A DNA stretch of 62,198 nt, counting the filler, from Rhabdomonas costata (lineage: Eukaryota), in the NCBI GenBank assembly GCA_019059605.1. It is 26 parts of 26 records of this genome, joined end to end, with 100 filler letters (N's around TTAATTAATTAA, not from the genome) between each part and the next. Parts side by side here need not be neighbours in the genome. Positions count along the whole stretch, not along the records: positions 47,938 to 50,231 come from JAHMHO010004221.1; positions 50,332 to 52,627 come from JAHMHO010004222.1; positions 52,728 to 55,018 come from JAHMHO010004223.1; positions 55,119 to 57,412 come from JAHMHO010004224.1; positions 57,513 to 59,805 come from JAHMHO010004225.1; positions 59,906 to 62,198 come from JAHMHO010004226.1; 20 more parts are not named here. One strand, written 5' to 3'. Position numbers and translations under genes: made by a program. Under the pieces are notes generated by a model. The model searched no databases. It was not told the DNA's origin and was given only the letters and a program-made list of their open reading frames with translations. How positions within the stretch are numbered: the first letter of the stretch is position 1; every line of letters starts with the position of its first letter. Shown here piece by piece: positions 47,983-61,175 of this stretch.

Positions 47983-50865
47983 TTAGCTGTTACAAAACAA
48001 CTTCTCTTGCAAACGTGATACCTATATTTCATGAGACGTTACACAGGTGTCAGGTTAATGGTGAGGGTGGGGGTTCTTGTGTTGGAGTCATAGGGTGAAG
48101 TTTGAGGGTGTCATGGTGGGTCGTGGGCATTTGCTTTCGTTTCTGTCTTCGTGGCTTGGGTTCTGTCTTCAGTGTCGGGGTTCCCTCTTCGGAGGTCGGG
48201 TTCAGAGTTCATGGTTTGATTTCGAATTGCCGATGTCCCGCGGGATATCACAGGAGAAAAATAACAGCCAGTGCCTGTGAAGACCGGAACACACTGGTGT
48301 AGGATCAGGCACTGAGTGGTGGTGTAGCAGACAAGCTTGACATTGATGAGAGCAGGTGCACCTGGCTGCTATCAAGTGACGTTGCACATTACTCACACCC
48401 GAATACAACAAGGACGTTGCTCACGAAGCTAGTAACCCTTGGAATAATGTGGTGAATTTGGGCTGAGGCGCACGATCTACGTTGTCATCAGGTTTGCCTG
48501 GAAGCACGCGTTATGTTGAACCTACAGTCACAGTGAGATACCCTGCGTAGTTGGGCGTAGGCTTAAGACCTTGTAATGGATGCGAGGCGTAAACCCACAG
48601 ACGGTCACGCCAAGGCACAGAGGGACCGGTAGCACACACTATTCAACCTTTCACGCGAGCGGATTGATCCTGATGGATGTGAGCTGTCCAGGTTAACCAC
48701 ACGTTGTGGCTCTGACTGACAGCCTCCAGTGGTTGGGTTCCAGCATGTTTCGTGGTGAAGGATACGGCCATGTGTTAGGTGACATCATGGTGACAGGAAC
48801 GCTACGGTGATGCTATGCACTCCACCTCCAGAAGTTACACACACTCCTTCTTGGTAGAGTTGGATGGTAAGACATACGTAGAAGAACCACCACTATCATG
48901 ATATGATGCACCGGTGGAGGGTGAGCATGCCACACACCTCTACAGGGTTACCCTCATCGTTACCCTTAGAAGGAGTGCATGACTCCCACCTATGCCGACC
49001 GTACCCAGAGATGCCAAACCCACCCAAGGCAAACATTCGTAGTGGAGGTTGCAGATACAGACATGCAAGGGTTGATGCTGTTGTTGGGAGGAGTGGAAGC
49101 GCATTAGGGTGGTGGAACGACGACATGCTTAGGGAGCTTAACCATCCTTACGGGCTGTTGGTACGTGACACCTTCTCTGGGTACAGTGGTTGACATGATG
49201 GCTCCAAACCACCACAACCATCGTCACAGAAGGGCTGGTGTTCCGCCCGCGACTGATGGATGTCAGGAATACCCTCTGTAGAAGGATGTTGCAGGATGGA
49301 TGCGGCATGAACACCACAGAAAAAGGGGTAAAAGGTGACAGCGTGGAAGCTGAGACCCACCAATGACAACGGCAGAATGGTGACAGAACCGCTACCTTGA
49401 CGCATGGTGTCACCTTAGGCCTACATCCATAGAGAAGGGTAGGGGGTTTTGATGTTAGGGATACAGTCGTCACATTCACACTCACTGCGTTCGTGCCTCC
49501 TGTTTATCTTCATGTTCCTCTTTGTTTGTGTTGTCGCTACAGTCGTCACACTCGCTCATGTCACTGCGTTTGATGTCGCTCCTTTTCCACGGCTTCAGAA
49601 TCTTCACAATCACTGCCTACGGTCGTTCATGTTCCTCATGTTCTCGGATTTCACACCCGGTCACATTCGCTACGCTCATGTTCTCTCCTGTTCCTTTTGC
49701 CTGCGAGAATACCCGGTTCACGTCATGTTTACGTTAAGGATACCCGGTTCCATTCGCTCTCACTGCGTTCGTGCTCATGTTCACTAGGTCGCCACTTTTG
49801 CATTCACTGCGTTCATGTGGTTTCCTGGGTACCCCGTACAATCCCAGATCGCGCGCATGGACAAAACGAAAGTTTTTTTTTGTTAGGAGTGGCTATTTGG
49901 AACACTCGGTTTTGGGGACCTTCAAACGGCGAGCTTGCTCGTTCCCACCGCGCCTGGCGTGGTTTTTTCTTTCCCCCCGCTCCGGAAAGGATATCGACCC
50001 AAGGACTGTGCCGCGGATGCTATCGGCGCTGGTAAAAAAGTATGGGAAACCGTTCAAGGGAAGAACGAGGTCGGACGGCAACATTGCCGCCGCTCAGTGC
50101 ACCGGCGGGCGCGTGGAAGGTGTGGATACGCAGCGTGGATCAGGAAATGCAAAATAACGCTTGAGAAAACCCCGTGTTAGAAATGCTTCCTCTGCCCGAA
50201 ACAGGTTTACCCGGCCCACTCCACAACAAAANNNNNNNNNNNNNNNNNNNNNNNNNNNNNNNNNNNNNNNNNNNNTTAATTAATTAANNNNNNNNNNNNN
50301 NNNNNNNNNNNNNNNNNNNNNNNNNNNNNNNGGGTTTTTGGTCACCTTCTGCCTGTTTCGAGCCGGGCTGCATAGTCCCAGTAAGGGCTTTTGCGCAGGT
50401 CGGGAAGGAGGTGGGCGGAGCGAGTGCACCAGCACTGTAGCATCGGATCCGACGCCCAAGGCTGAGCGTGAGCTCGGCCGGCAGGGTTCTCTGCAATGGA
50501 TGCACGGATGGATTTGGGCGTTCGGTAGCGGTGTACCCAGCTTGCATTCTGGATAGGAGAGGTTTATACAAACTAGGGCTGCAGGTAAATTGAAACCAAA
50601 CCTCTGAACGGAAGCCCATGCCCCTCCCCCTTTGACACCGTTGAACCAGGAAGTTATTTGCCCCCTGAGAATGTCGGCTTCGAAAGCACCGCCACTACAG
50701 TTAGATGCCGTCCGTGGCCGTGGCCTTGGCAGCCGTTGCGCCAGCAGTACGTTTAGTTGGAAGTTTTGTGAAGGGTGGTGCTGAGAAGGTTCTCTAAAAT
50801 GCCTGTTGGATGTGCGCACCTGTGCAACGTGGGTGTGCGTTCTTTGTTTGCCCCCCGTACAAAAG

Positions 50866-52375
50866 GTACCTGCGAAGCATTGACGGTGACTTCGTGAGCT
50901 GCCGCTTCCACGGCGAGGCACCTCCGGAGCCCATTCACCACGAAGTCCTGGCCAAGCGGTGTGTGGCATATGTCGGGGGTGGCAATCCCCCCACCGACTC
51001 CTCATATAGTGTGTGTGTGTGTGTGCTCGCCCACACTTGTGCTCAAGGATGTGCACCAAGTTGTATCATTATGTCAGCATGCACTGAACCAGGGATGTGT
51101 CACGATGTGCCAGCCGTCGTAATGTAAAGGTCTGTTAGGTGGGGTGTGGATGATGGAGCAAACGGAAGCCGTTTGAAAGCATAGACAGCAGTTTCTCTGG
51201 TTTGATTTTTCTGAAAAGAAAAGAAAAAAGAAAAGAAAAGAAAAGAAAAGAAAAGAAAGGAAAGGAAAGGAAAGGAAAGGAAAGGAACAAGTCGGCCGCG
51301 CCGCGCGCAGCGCTAAGGAAGGAGTTTATTGTGTTAAATTTCGATTGTTTTCTTGGAGGTTAAGCGGTTTCTGTTTGTGTCTTGCTCCCCCCATCTACTC
51401 AGAAATGAACCGCAAGCTACAAGTGTTAACCCTGACGCTCACCACGGGGCGCGGCCGGTCGTCTTATGAACCTCTGCTATAGTCGATACCTGGATTCATC
51501 TGTGGAAATGATATCCGCGTGTTGTGGTTGCATTTGGTTGCTGACCGCATCACAATCAGTTGAGAAAAACTCTGTGAGTAGCCGGTTCACATTGATGGTT
51601 TCAGTCTTTTTTGTATCATTTATGGTATGATACCCAATACACTGGTGTAATGTTTTCCAAATTTTTTCACCTGTACGCCACGCAGTGTAACACGATTTCC
51701 CCCCTTCTCCTCTCACCTTGTATTTTCCTTGCTTCCTTGCTGTTCTGAGCTCGTGTGTACCGCTGCATTTACGCAAACCTCTTTCACGAGGCACGGGCAC
51801 ATGCGTCTCGTCTGCTGACCCTTTTGCTTCCGAGTAATTAATTTGGCGCTTAATTGTCTGTATAGCGTCGAATAGCTTCAGTTGTGGTGACTTGGCTTGG
51901 CTCCTCTCGTTTCCTCTGTTGCTTTCGTTCTACCTCTCTCTCTGTGTGTCTTGCTCACATCAGGGACACCGGGATGCACATCTTTTTCTCATGTCGGGAA
52001 GCGGGACGGAACTTTTACCGTCGAGGGCCGTTTAAGCCCATAACCTGACAGTCATGCTCGAGTCAACAAAGTCTTGGACTCGGATATGGTGAAGAACTGC
52101 TACAGGACCAGGCACTAAGCCGATAATTATCAATCGCGAGGAATTCTACACACCCTCACTCGCTCGCTCACTGTCCGACGGCAGGCGCCCGGTGATCCGC
52201 CTCCGTAGCACCGGGCGGGTTCTAGCGCTGCCCCCGCACACCACCCTGCTGACTAAGGTGACGGGCTTTGGGCTGCTGACGGTGGAGCTGGGCCACCAGG
52301 CCTTCACCTTCTTCATGAACTTCTACGTCGATGACGTTAGTATGGCCCCCTACCCCAACCCGCTGACCGCACAGG
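50866..52375 (+). CDS. Unidentified spliced protein (partial)
   Basis: Coding-like exons ~50866-51008 (YLRSIDGDFVSCRFHG..CVAYVGGG) and ~52185-52375 (APVIRLRSTG..FTFFMNFYVDD) with AG acceptors. Confidence 0.45.
51214..51286 (+). repeat. (AAAAG)n(AAAGG)n compound microsatellite
   Basis: Read directly from the sequence. Confidence 0.95.
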
Positions 52376-54277
52376 GGCTGCTTAGTCCTCGGTCTTCTGT
52401 TGCTTGCTGCCTGCACAAACTATTCCTTAAACTAACTTCCCAACTTAACTATCCGAACCGCTGAGCTCTCACGCACACTCCACTCTACACCACCGCCGTT
52501 TTCTTTGGAGGCAACATCAGACAACATCGTGTGGACACAAACTCCTCAGTAGTAAATAGTAAAAACATCGAATGTTGTACATAACGCAAAGGATTAGCGA
52601 AGGAAAAAGAGATAGTGACCAACACAANNNNNNNNNNNNNNNNNNNNNNNNNNNNNNNNNNNNNNNNNNNNTTAATTAATTAANNNNNNNNNNNNNNNNN
52701 NNNNNNNNNNNNNNNNNNNNNNNNNNNGGCTGAGTAGCGATCGCCACGCAAAAGTGCAATCCTATCCCTCCACCTCTCGAACCTAGATGCATTTGTCCTT
52801 TGTTCGCGACGGTCGTGTGCGCAAGTGCGAGCTTGGAGTGATTTTTTTCATTTTCGCGCTTTCCGTGGAAGGCGACATGATGAGAACTTGCCTGCTGATC
52901 CTCTGAAGAATTTTCCAAGGCATCCGCCTGAGCTTTCCCGGTGGGAAGTCGCCTCTGCCTTTTGAGAAAGCTGGCTTCCTTCTACGCGTTTTGCACTCCG
53001 TGCGCTCTGAAACACCTTCTAATAACGGGGGGGTGTCTGTTGCATTACATCCCTTGCAACAAAAAAGTTTGCGTGGAAGGATAGTTTTCGGGTCTCAAAT
53101 TAAAGAGTGCACAGTCAGAAAAAAGAAGGCAAGGCATAGAATGTGTGCTTTTGTCTTCCATGAGATCCAGAAGGACAATCACAAGAGGGACGAAGCGGAA
53201 TGAAAATCATCTGGATAGTGCGGAAATATTGTCTGTGCCAACTTGAGAGTGAGTGGCGAAAAAAAAAAAAGGGTTTCCGAATGGCACCTGTGGACTTAGG
53301 GGGGGGGGTCACGGTTCACATTGTGAAATCCACCCACCTACGCAGCACGGTCGCTTTGTGTGCGCTGGAAGCTTCTCAGTTCAAGTTATTTTTTCTGAGA
53401 TGTGTGGATATTTCCAGATGCGGGGGTGACTTTAGTGTAGTTCTTTACCTCTCACTTGATATAGTACGGGACGTGTTAGGTCAAGTTATAGAGAAAGAAA
53501 AAGGCTAGTACGGGATATGTTTGGTCAAGTCATGGAGAATGAAAACCAAACATACACTCACTCACACTCACACTCACACCGTACACACCGCACACACACG
53601 ACTCATATCTGGAGAGGGTGTTGGGCAGAAACACTTCCGCACTCACTGTGCGTAGGAACCTACGTAATCCTATTAGCGGCGCATTCCCCGCATTTTCCAG
53701 CTTCACTGCACGGGCCATTCCCTGTATGTCCTCAGGCATAACACACAAGCACACACTCAGAAGACTTTTTAAACTTCATCAAACCCGGGTGCACAAACAA
53801 CTGTAAAACACGGTGTGCGGCTCCGCATGGATTTCACGCCTACGGGAAAAAGAGAAAAAGAAAAAGAAAACTCCCGTCCCCGGAATCAAGCGTGGCCTGA
53901 GCGAGCCGACCACGGGTCTGCCGCACACATACACGAGACTAGTGTGGTGTGGCGAAGAACGGGGCAAACATGCATGTGCAGTGGTTGATATCATGCATAG
54001 ATAGTGTGGTTGATATCATGCATGATGCGTGTGTACGTCGGGACTCTCCAGGCACGTAAAAAGCTGCGAGAAGTGCCCCGTGCGTTCGGCCCCGAACGGA
54101 TTTCACGCCGGCGGTGATGTTCCAGATCCTGTGCTGACTTGCAGCCGGCCTTGGGATCTCGCAGAGAAAGGAGAGGTTGAGCTGATGCTCTGATCTGAGC
54201 GAGCCGCACTTAGGACATACAGCTGGTTCAGGGGGGACTGATGTTTACACACAAACACACGACTGATGTACACACAG

Positions 54278-54419
54278 CCTCCGAACCGCGAGTTTGTGGT
54301 GTGCTCCCTGGACATGCTCAGCGGGCTGGCCGACGGGATGGGAGGTGCGCTGGAGGGTCTTGTGGCGAACTCCAACCTGTGTGAGCTGATCCTGGAGTGC
54401 CTCAAGGACGAGGCCGCGG
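54278..54419 (+). CDS. TNPO1: Transportin-1 (karyopherin beta-2), internal exon
   Basis: [44 protein letters not shown] with AG/GT ends matches TNPO1 (PDKDF.iv.LDLLSGLAEGLG..IE.LV..SN). Confidence 0.9.
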
Positions 54420-55150
54420 GTGAGCCTCACTTTGTGCGAGGGTGGAGGGATGGAGGTGGCGATAGGACCAAAGACAGGTGAAAAACCTAACGGGAAAATG
54501 AATCTGCCAGAATGAGAACATGGATGTGCCACCTCAGGTCTCAGGTGGGGTGGGCATATTACACCATCATTTCCCCTCGTCTACATTCGGGGTTGTCCGA
54601 ATTTTTTGCTTGGGTGCCCGTATATTGGGTATTGTGGCCATTATACAGTAATGTTGTCCGCGCCACCTCAAATATCAGGCGTTTTCGGACTTAGCTTAAA
54701 TGGTGGTGCAAAAACTGGGTTCCACTGCATATCATTTCATCTTCCACCGTCACCTATTTTTGAGGCGACGCGGGCCATATCATCATACTGCAATGATACT
54801 TATTTATTATTTACTTGGCTAAACTCAATTTCAAAAGGTCCTTCTGTATAGTACAAACTGGCAAATAATTCCGAAACTCTCTGGCACTCCTTGCGCGAAG
54901 GCTTTGACCCTAAGGCGTAGTTCTCCCCCTGAAATTCCTCTTGCACATGACCTTCCCTTGCTCGCTTGTGAAGTCCCCAGGAGACCCCCAAAAAGAGTCG
55001 AATTTCACCCAAAACAACNNNNNNNNNNNNNNNNNNNNNNNNNNNNNNNNNNNNNNNNNNNNTTAATTAATTAANNNNNNNNNNNNNNNNNNNNNNNNNN
55101 NNNNNNNNNNNNNNNNNNGTTTGTGTGTCCATTGCCCCCACAGCGTGTGC

Positions 55151-57380
55151 CTTCCATGTGCGGTTGCAGGTCTCATTTCGGAACACTCCGCAGCGAAGTC
55201 GTCTGCAATGAAGAGTTGGAAGTCAGCGGGGAGTCAGGCTGCGGCGTTGCGGCGGCAGAGAGATTCTCAGAGAAGGAAAGTGTCATGTTCCACGGGGACA
55301 GCACCGCACAGGTTGTCGTGCGGGGGTGGGGGGGATTGCTCGGGAAGGGACCCACACTAGAAAGCTGAAAAAACCACAAAGGAACGGAACGGGTCACGAT
55401 TATGCTTTTACTGCTTTTAAGTTGTCGTTGATTATTTCCTTAGCACACTTCCTTTGACTACAGGCTAATGCTGCACACAGTTGCACACAATAGTAAAAGA
55501 AAAAAATAGTTAAGTATGGAAAAAAAATTTTGGGCCAAGGAATGTGCTGTTAAAAAAGAAGAAGCAATTCCCGCAGGTAATGTCTCCACGTTCTCTTCCG
55601 ATTCGTTTGGTTGGTGCGTTTATTTTTCATAATTTTTGTTCTTCAAAAACGCTCTACGCGCTCGTAACGCTCGCACGCCAACACTCCCCATCAGGAGGAT
55701 TACATCTGGTTCATCGGCCGCGTGCTGGTCCCCAAGCGGCACCTCTCCAAGCAGCTATCTAACCTGGCCAACATCGGCACGGCACCCCTCCTCCCAAATT
55801 TCACATCTCGCGTTTCTATGTACACTACTGTGTGCCTTCTGAATTTTCTAGGTACGTGGAATCAAACAAGAGAGATGCTGCGCCGGTTAAGGGAAAGTTC
55901 TGACACTTGAGGAATGCATGACAACCACACAACCACTGAGTTCGTGTGCCCTGTCCTTGTATGCTCATGCACGGACAGAAGCTGGTCGGAGAAACCCCTG
56001 CTCCCATATTATCACTCTTTATTAGACCTGGAAAATTTAAGACCCCACCAGCGCATGTCACAACCAAGGATGACCCAAGATGACCTGTGTCCAGGCAGTG
56101 TGCGCGAGAACACTCGTCCTCCTGAGGCAGGTCCTCCTATTTTTCAATTTATCGGGGTGGCCGAAGACACAACGGACTGCAGCTCCAACTCATGTGGTTC
56201 GTCCTCATGCGTATGGTGAGTTCCGTTTCAGATTAAAAAAGACAAAAAGCCTTCGGAGCCTCCGGAAAAATCACAGGGCTTAATCGAAGCACAGGAAACG
56301 GCTGCGCGGTCCTGGCACCCAAGGCCAGTCACTTCCATTTTTGGTACAACTTTATGCCGCTTCTTGCCCGCTGCAGCCGGAGGCTAGCAAGGGACCCACA
56401 ACCCAGGGAAAGCAAAAAAAAAATGCAAAATAAAAAGGGAAAGCCCTATTATACCAATTAAACCAAAATAGGCGAGTTGGAAATACTGTATGGGAAGGGG
56501 TGCTGTGCACCTGCTTCTCAGCATTCTTTTGATACTTCCATTCCACAGTGCCCTTTTGTTATCTCGAAGGCATAGTGTCACACACACTTTCAATTATCTG
56601 GCTTTTGACCCTCCAATAAGCAATCCAATAGTGATGCACCACGTATTAAGGCTTAGAAGAAGAGAGCAAAGGATTTGCATTTGGTTTCATGCAATCCCTC
56701 AACGCCCAAACACCCCATCACCCACACCCCATCTCAGTGCTGTCCTTGTGCTGCTTTAGGGTACTCGGGTCGATCGTTCGATGGCATCGTGTGCGCCGAC
56801 GGGTCTGTGCACACCATAGCCAACTTGTCGCAGCCCTGGTTGAGTGTGTGAGTGCTCCCCCTGCCTGTTGCTTCCCCTCATGCTTCCCCCTATATACATA
56901 CAACTGCTATTGCAGAAAATTTTGGGAATAAACTCCAGAATACTGTTCTTGGTCCTATCATTTTTTTATGCTGAATTCGGCAGCTGGATGACAGCAACCG
57001 CAGCCGCGGGAGTAATACGAAGGTATATGAAGGGAAGTGGTAAACGATTCAACGATATGCCGTTGTTGTGCAGTCATGGGCTAAAAAATATACTTGAAAT
57101 AGGTTTCGTTCCAATTCGCATCCTTTTGGCACTTAGTTCGCAACTGCAGCGTTGCCGTTCCGTCACTCAACCTCCCTTCCTGAAAAGGACAATGCCAACC
57201 CTCAGCCTCAGCTCATCGGCACTGAGTGTTAACGTGGGACGAAACCTAGCAGCAGTTTTCAGCTTCAATTGCTTGCCGGCTCCTCCCTTGGTCGCACACC
57301 ACCAGGCGGCAATTCTTGCCCTCACATCCATTGCGGTGCACCCGAGTGACGATGCTTTGGAACGCTTTCCACAACCAGTA
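55151..57380 (+). CDS. Unidentified helical/ARM-like protein (partial, spliced)
   Basis: Several AG/GT-flanked coding-like blocks at ~55151-55311, ~55694-55852, ~56095-56215, ~56760-56845 and ~57100-57380. No family recognised. Confidence 0.4.
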
Positions 57381-57512
57381 CATACGCCGTCACACGGGGC
57401 TACAAACCCACANNNNNNNNNNNNNNNNNNNNNNNNNNNNNNNNNNNNNNNNNNNNTTAATTAATTAANNNNNNNNNNNNNNNNNNNNNNNNNNNNNNNN
57501 NNNNNNNNNNNN

Positions 57513-57684
57513 GGACAAGGCCTGGGCCCCCGTGGAGCTGGCGCTGCTGCAGTTGCGGGCACACACCGTTCTAGGGCCCCTGCTGGGCGGGTCTGGGCCC
57601 GCGGTGCGGGTGTTGGGCTACCGCGTGGAGGACTGGGTCCTGGGCGTTCTGCTGGGCCTGCTGCTGCTGTTGTTATTCATCAAG
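57513..57684 (+). CDS. Exon with a transmembrane helix, unknown protein
   Basis: GC-rich coding stretch ..RVEDWVLGVLLGLLLLLLFIK followed by a GT donor. Confidence 0.5.
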
Positions 57685-59408
57685 TGTGTGCCTATGTGCT
57701 CGTGTAAGCGTGGGTATGCGTTTTTGGGTAAATCGGCGCAAAATCTGTGCGAAGCCGAACACACGCCGCGTTTTGCCAACGCACCGCACCCATGCCACTC
57801 CCGCCCTGTATGGCGTTGCCTTCGCCTTAGCCGGGGACGCCAGTCTCATGTGTTTTTAGCAGATAGGAGCGTCCTTAAAAATCGCGGTTTCATGCGCTGT
57901 TTTCTTTTTAGGACTTTTTTTTTCAAGAACAGAGTCACGACAGCAGCGCACAGAGTGTTTCAGGATCCGGGAAAAAGGCAATGCAACTACATGGGCAAGG
58001 AAAAGGACTTCATGGAGAACGCGTGGAGGTCCCAGTTCAATCCCGCTGCACTTTTCTTGTGGAGCAAGACGATGATTCTTGGGGAGCAAGCCGGTTTTGA
58101 GACTGGGGTTTTCCAATATGAAATATGAAACACTGTTCGGCGCACAGGTGCAATGGCGGAGCCCGCTCTGCGAATGCTGCGTTAGGCTGCCACTTCAAGC
58201 AAGGCCACGTTAGGCCGCCACTGGTTAACTGTCAAGTGATTATGGAGGGAAATGTGAAGAAAAAAAAAGCGGAGAACACGTGCCGTGGATGTGGTAGGAT
58301 TCAAAGGGGGCCAAGGCAACAAATGTACCCGGGAAGATAGGGGGAGTTACGCGGACATGGTAAGGGTAGAAGGGTTCGAAAGGGGGTGGAGGCGGGCCTT
58401 TGTGCTGAGTGCGGCGTGGATTTTGATGGCAAAGACGATGGACAAAGAAAGAAGAGAGGAGCACAGTGCTGTTGACAAGACGGAGTATTTTGCACCTCCC
58501 AGAAGTTGAGAAGTGATCCATACTGTGAACAGCGGCCAGGAAGTGGAGGCAAATGAAAAGGTGACTAGAGGCGGAAAGCCTCGTGCATGCGACACCCTGC
58601 TGTCCTCCTCTGCACACCACACTTTCTGTTCACATCACCCCAGGACCGCTGCAGCTCCGGTGGCTGCCCACACCCACCAGGAGTGATCAGTCCGGTGCAG
58701 AGCCAAAGGCCCGGTTCCCGAGCCCGCACCTGCATGGAGTTTCTTCACACACGCACCACGAGAAAGTCGTGCCATTTTCAGTTGTGTAAATCTGAAATCG
58801 CTGCCCTTCGCTCTGTGGAGGGTTCGTGGAACTCAATGGACCCCTCTCCATTCCCCTTGCGGATTTTCTGTTGGGGTGCGGCACCTTTTTGGAGAGGTGT
58901 ACTTTTGCGGCTCTTTGCCAAGGGATAGTAAGAAGGAGTCTTCCTTGCCGTGGCCGTGGTGCCGCGCTATGGTGTGGGAGCGAGTTGTCTTGATGACTCT
59001 GTAACACCAACATTAGTCCTTAAAGTCCTTTCATCGCAATTTGCTGCGGTTCGTGTTATGGTGTTCTGCCGGTTGTTCTGGCCTTTATGGAGGGATACCG
59101 TGAAGCTCTGGCTTTTCCGAGCCCTGGGTCAGAAGGATTGAACTGAGGTGACATGCGTGTGTAATTACGAATTGAAAAAAAACGTGAACTGGCATGGGGT
59201 GTAATTCTGGAGCAGCAAGTGCGGGTAGCGAGTGTGATCTCCTCACAGCGGAACGTTTTTTTCCCAGCGCCATTGCAATTTTCTCATCTGTTCTTTTCCT
59301 CCCTCTCCTTTACTTTTGGTAAAAAAACCCAACCTCGTTCACTCCCTCCCTGCGCCCGTCTCCTTCCCACGGACTCACGCCCATCCACGTCGACCACCCA
59401 CTGAAGAG

Positions 59409-59670
59409 ATGAGCAGCTCGAGCAGCACCAGCAGCGCATCTGACGCCGTGGCGCAATGCGCGAGCGAGGCTGCCTCGTCCTCCTCCTTCCTCCTCGTCCT
59501 CCTCGTTTTCTTCCCCCCCTTCCCCCTCCGCTGTGCCCTCGTCCGAGGGCACTGCGGGGGGGCCCACAATGGTGCAGAGAGTAGCGCACGGCATCGACCT
59601 GGCCAAGGGTGCCCTGGACGATGCCCGCAGTAAGGCCGCGGAGTACGACGCCCAGTTCAGGGCAAAGCAG
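59409..59670 (+). CDS. First exon of an unknown protein (start ambiguous)
   Basis: Ser-rich stretch, then MVQRVAHGIDLAKGALDDARSKAAEYDAQFRAKQ and a GT donor. The ATG at 59409 is out of frame with the downstream part by one base. Confidence 0.45.
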
Positions 59671-60389
59671 GTCTGTTATGGCTGTAAGCGACAGTGCCGG
59701 TCAGAAAAGGACAAGCTCTGCCACCCCCAACATCAATTTCTTTCAGAAACTATGTTTTCTCATTGAACAGGGAACACTTTTCACGGCAATGTTAAACCAC
59801 AAACCNNNNNNNNNNNNNNNNNNNNNNNNNNNNNNNNNNNNNNNNNNNNTTAATTAATTAANNNNNNNNNNNNNNNNNNNNNNNNNNNNNNNNNNNNNNN
59901 NNNNNGGTGTTGGACACCCGTGGGAAGTTCGCCTGCACCGCGCCGGCTGAGATGAAGCCCTGCGTGTGGGTGTGGCTATGCGTGATTTCGACAGAAAACC
60001 ACTCACACGATCACTCCGACCGTCACCCATTGTAGCGCGATGGAGAAGACTGTGCAGTTGAACAATGGCTGGCTGAGCATGGGGTGAGCAACGAGGCACC
60101 TCAGCAGTCCGCTGCCGCTGCAGGAGCAGCAGCGGGCACAACCTGGATAGGCCTCCCAACATATTACACTCGCTTGATCGTCTGATCGGTTGATATGATA
60201 CTTGTCCACTCCCTTTGTATCCGCAAAAGAGGCCTGCAACACAAGCGAACCAGCAAACCACAACAAAAGGACCAGAACTGCAAACTGGCGCTGGGCTTTT
60301 CTGTGCGTTTTCGAACCGATAGAGGCAAGGAGGTGCTCAGCGGTTGAGACACAACGCATGACGCACACAACAAGTGCGCAGGCGCGCAC

Positions 60390-61175
60390 CGGCTGAGGGT
60401 CCCCTAGGAGGGTGATGTCCTGGATGGCCTGACCGTCCGAGGATCCCAACTGCTCGCAGGTCACCGACGAGATCCCCGGAGGGGCCACAGAGGGGGTCAG
60501 GATCTTCACCCGGTCCAGCCTTTTGCACCGAACAAAGAACATTGTCCGCCAGAGCGCAAAAACGGCAACGCAGAGAGGGGGGAGGGCGAGAGATAACAGA
60601 TATTGTGAGTGTTTCATGACACAAACACGCACACCTCGGCGCAGGCACAAAATGAACCGAGAGATATACCTGTGCTGCTGCGTTGTACACACCACGCTGG
60701 CGGACGCGGGGTTGCCGTCTGGGTGATACGTCACCAGATTAGCGGGGGTCATTGAATTTTGGATGGTGCAGGGTAATACGAATACGAATACGAATCCCTC
60801 TGCAATCGAGTGCGCGGGGGGAAGGCACCCCACCACGTGTGACGTCCTCAGGTTCTGCAGGCTGCCCAACGGGGTGGCACCCTTCTCATAGATGGGATGG
60901 CCCGTTGCGGAGCTGGCTTGCTACTGCTATGACTCCTGCCCTCCTCACGCAACCGCTGACACCGCCACATCGCCATACCGACTTGCGGCGCGCTGCTTCG
61001 GCTGCAATTCGCTTCTGAGTCTTGGGCGTGGGGAGGTGTGTGCACCTGTACAGCGAAACTCCGTAGACAACAAGGCGGACTTCTTGGCCCGCCACGGGCT
61101 GGCTGGGCAGGGAGCTCAGCACGTAGGGCCCGGAGTCGGAGATGGTGTAGGTGGTGCCCACCATAGACCACACCG
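60390..61175 (-). CDS. Unidentified beta-rich, probably extracellular protein (partial, spliced)
   Basis: Coding-like exons ~61175-61060 (YTISDSGPYVLSSLPSQPVAGQEVRLVVYG), ~60755-60669 and ~60520-60390 (LDRVKILTP..VTCEQ). Confidence 0.45.

Noticed and set aside
48300-49450. Degenerate DIRS tyrosine recombinase (WH..GGS..WRWS fragments on the minus strand)
   Set aside because: The motifs fall in different frames and are too degraded to call without a translated search.
2297-59905. Regularly spaced TTAATTAATTAA motif as a CRISPR-like or biological repeat
   Set aside because: It is always embedded in fixed N runs and is an artificial concatenation linker.
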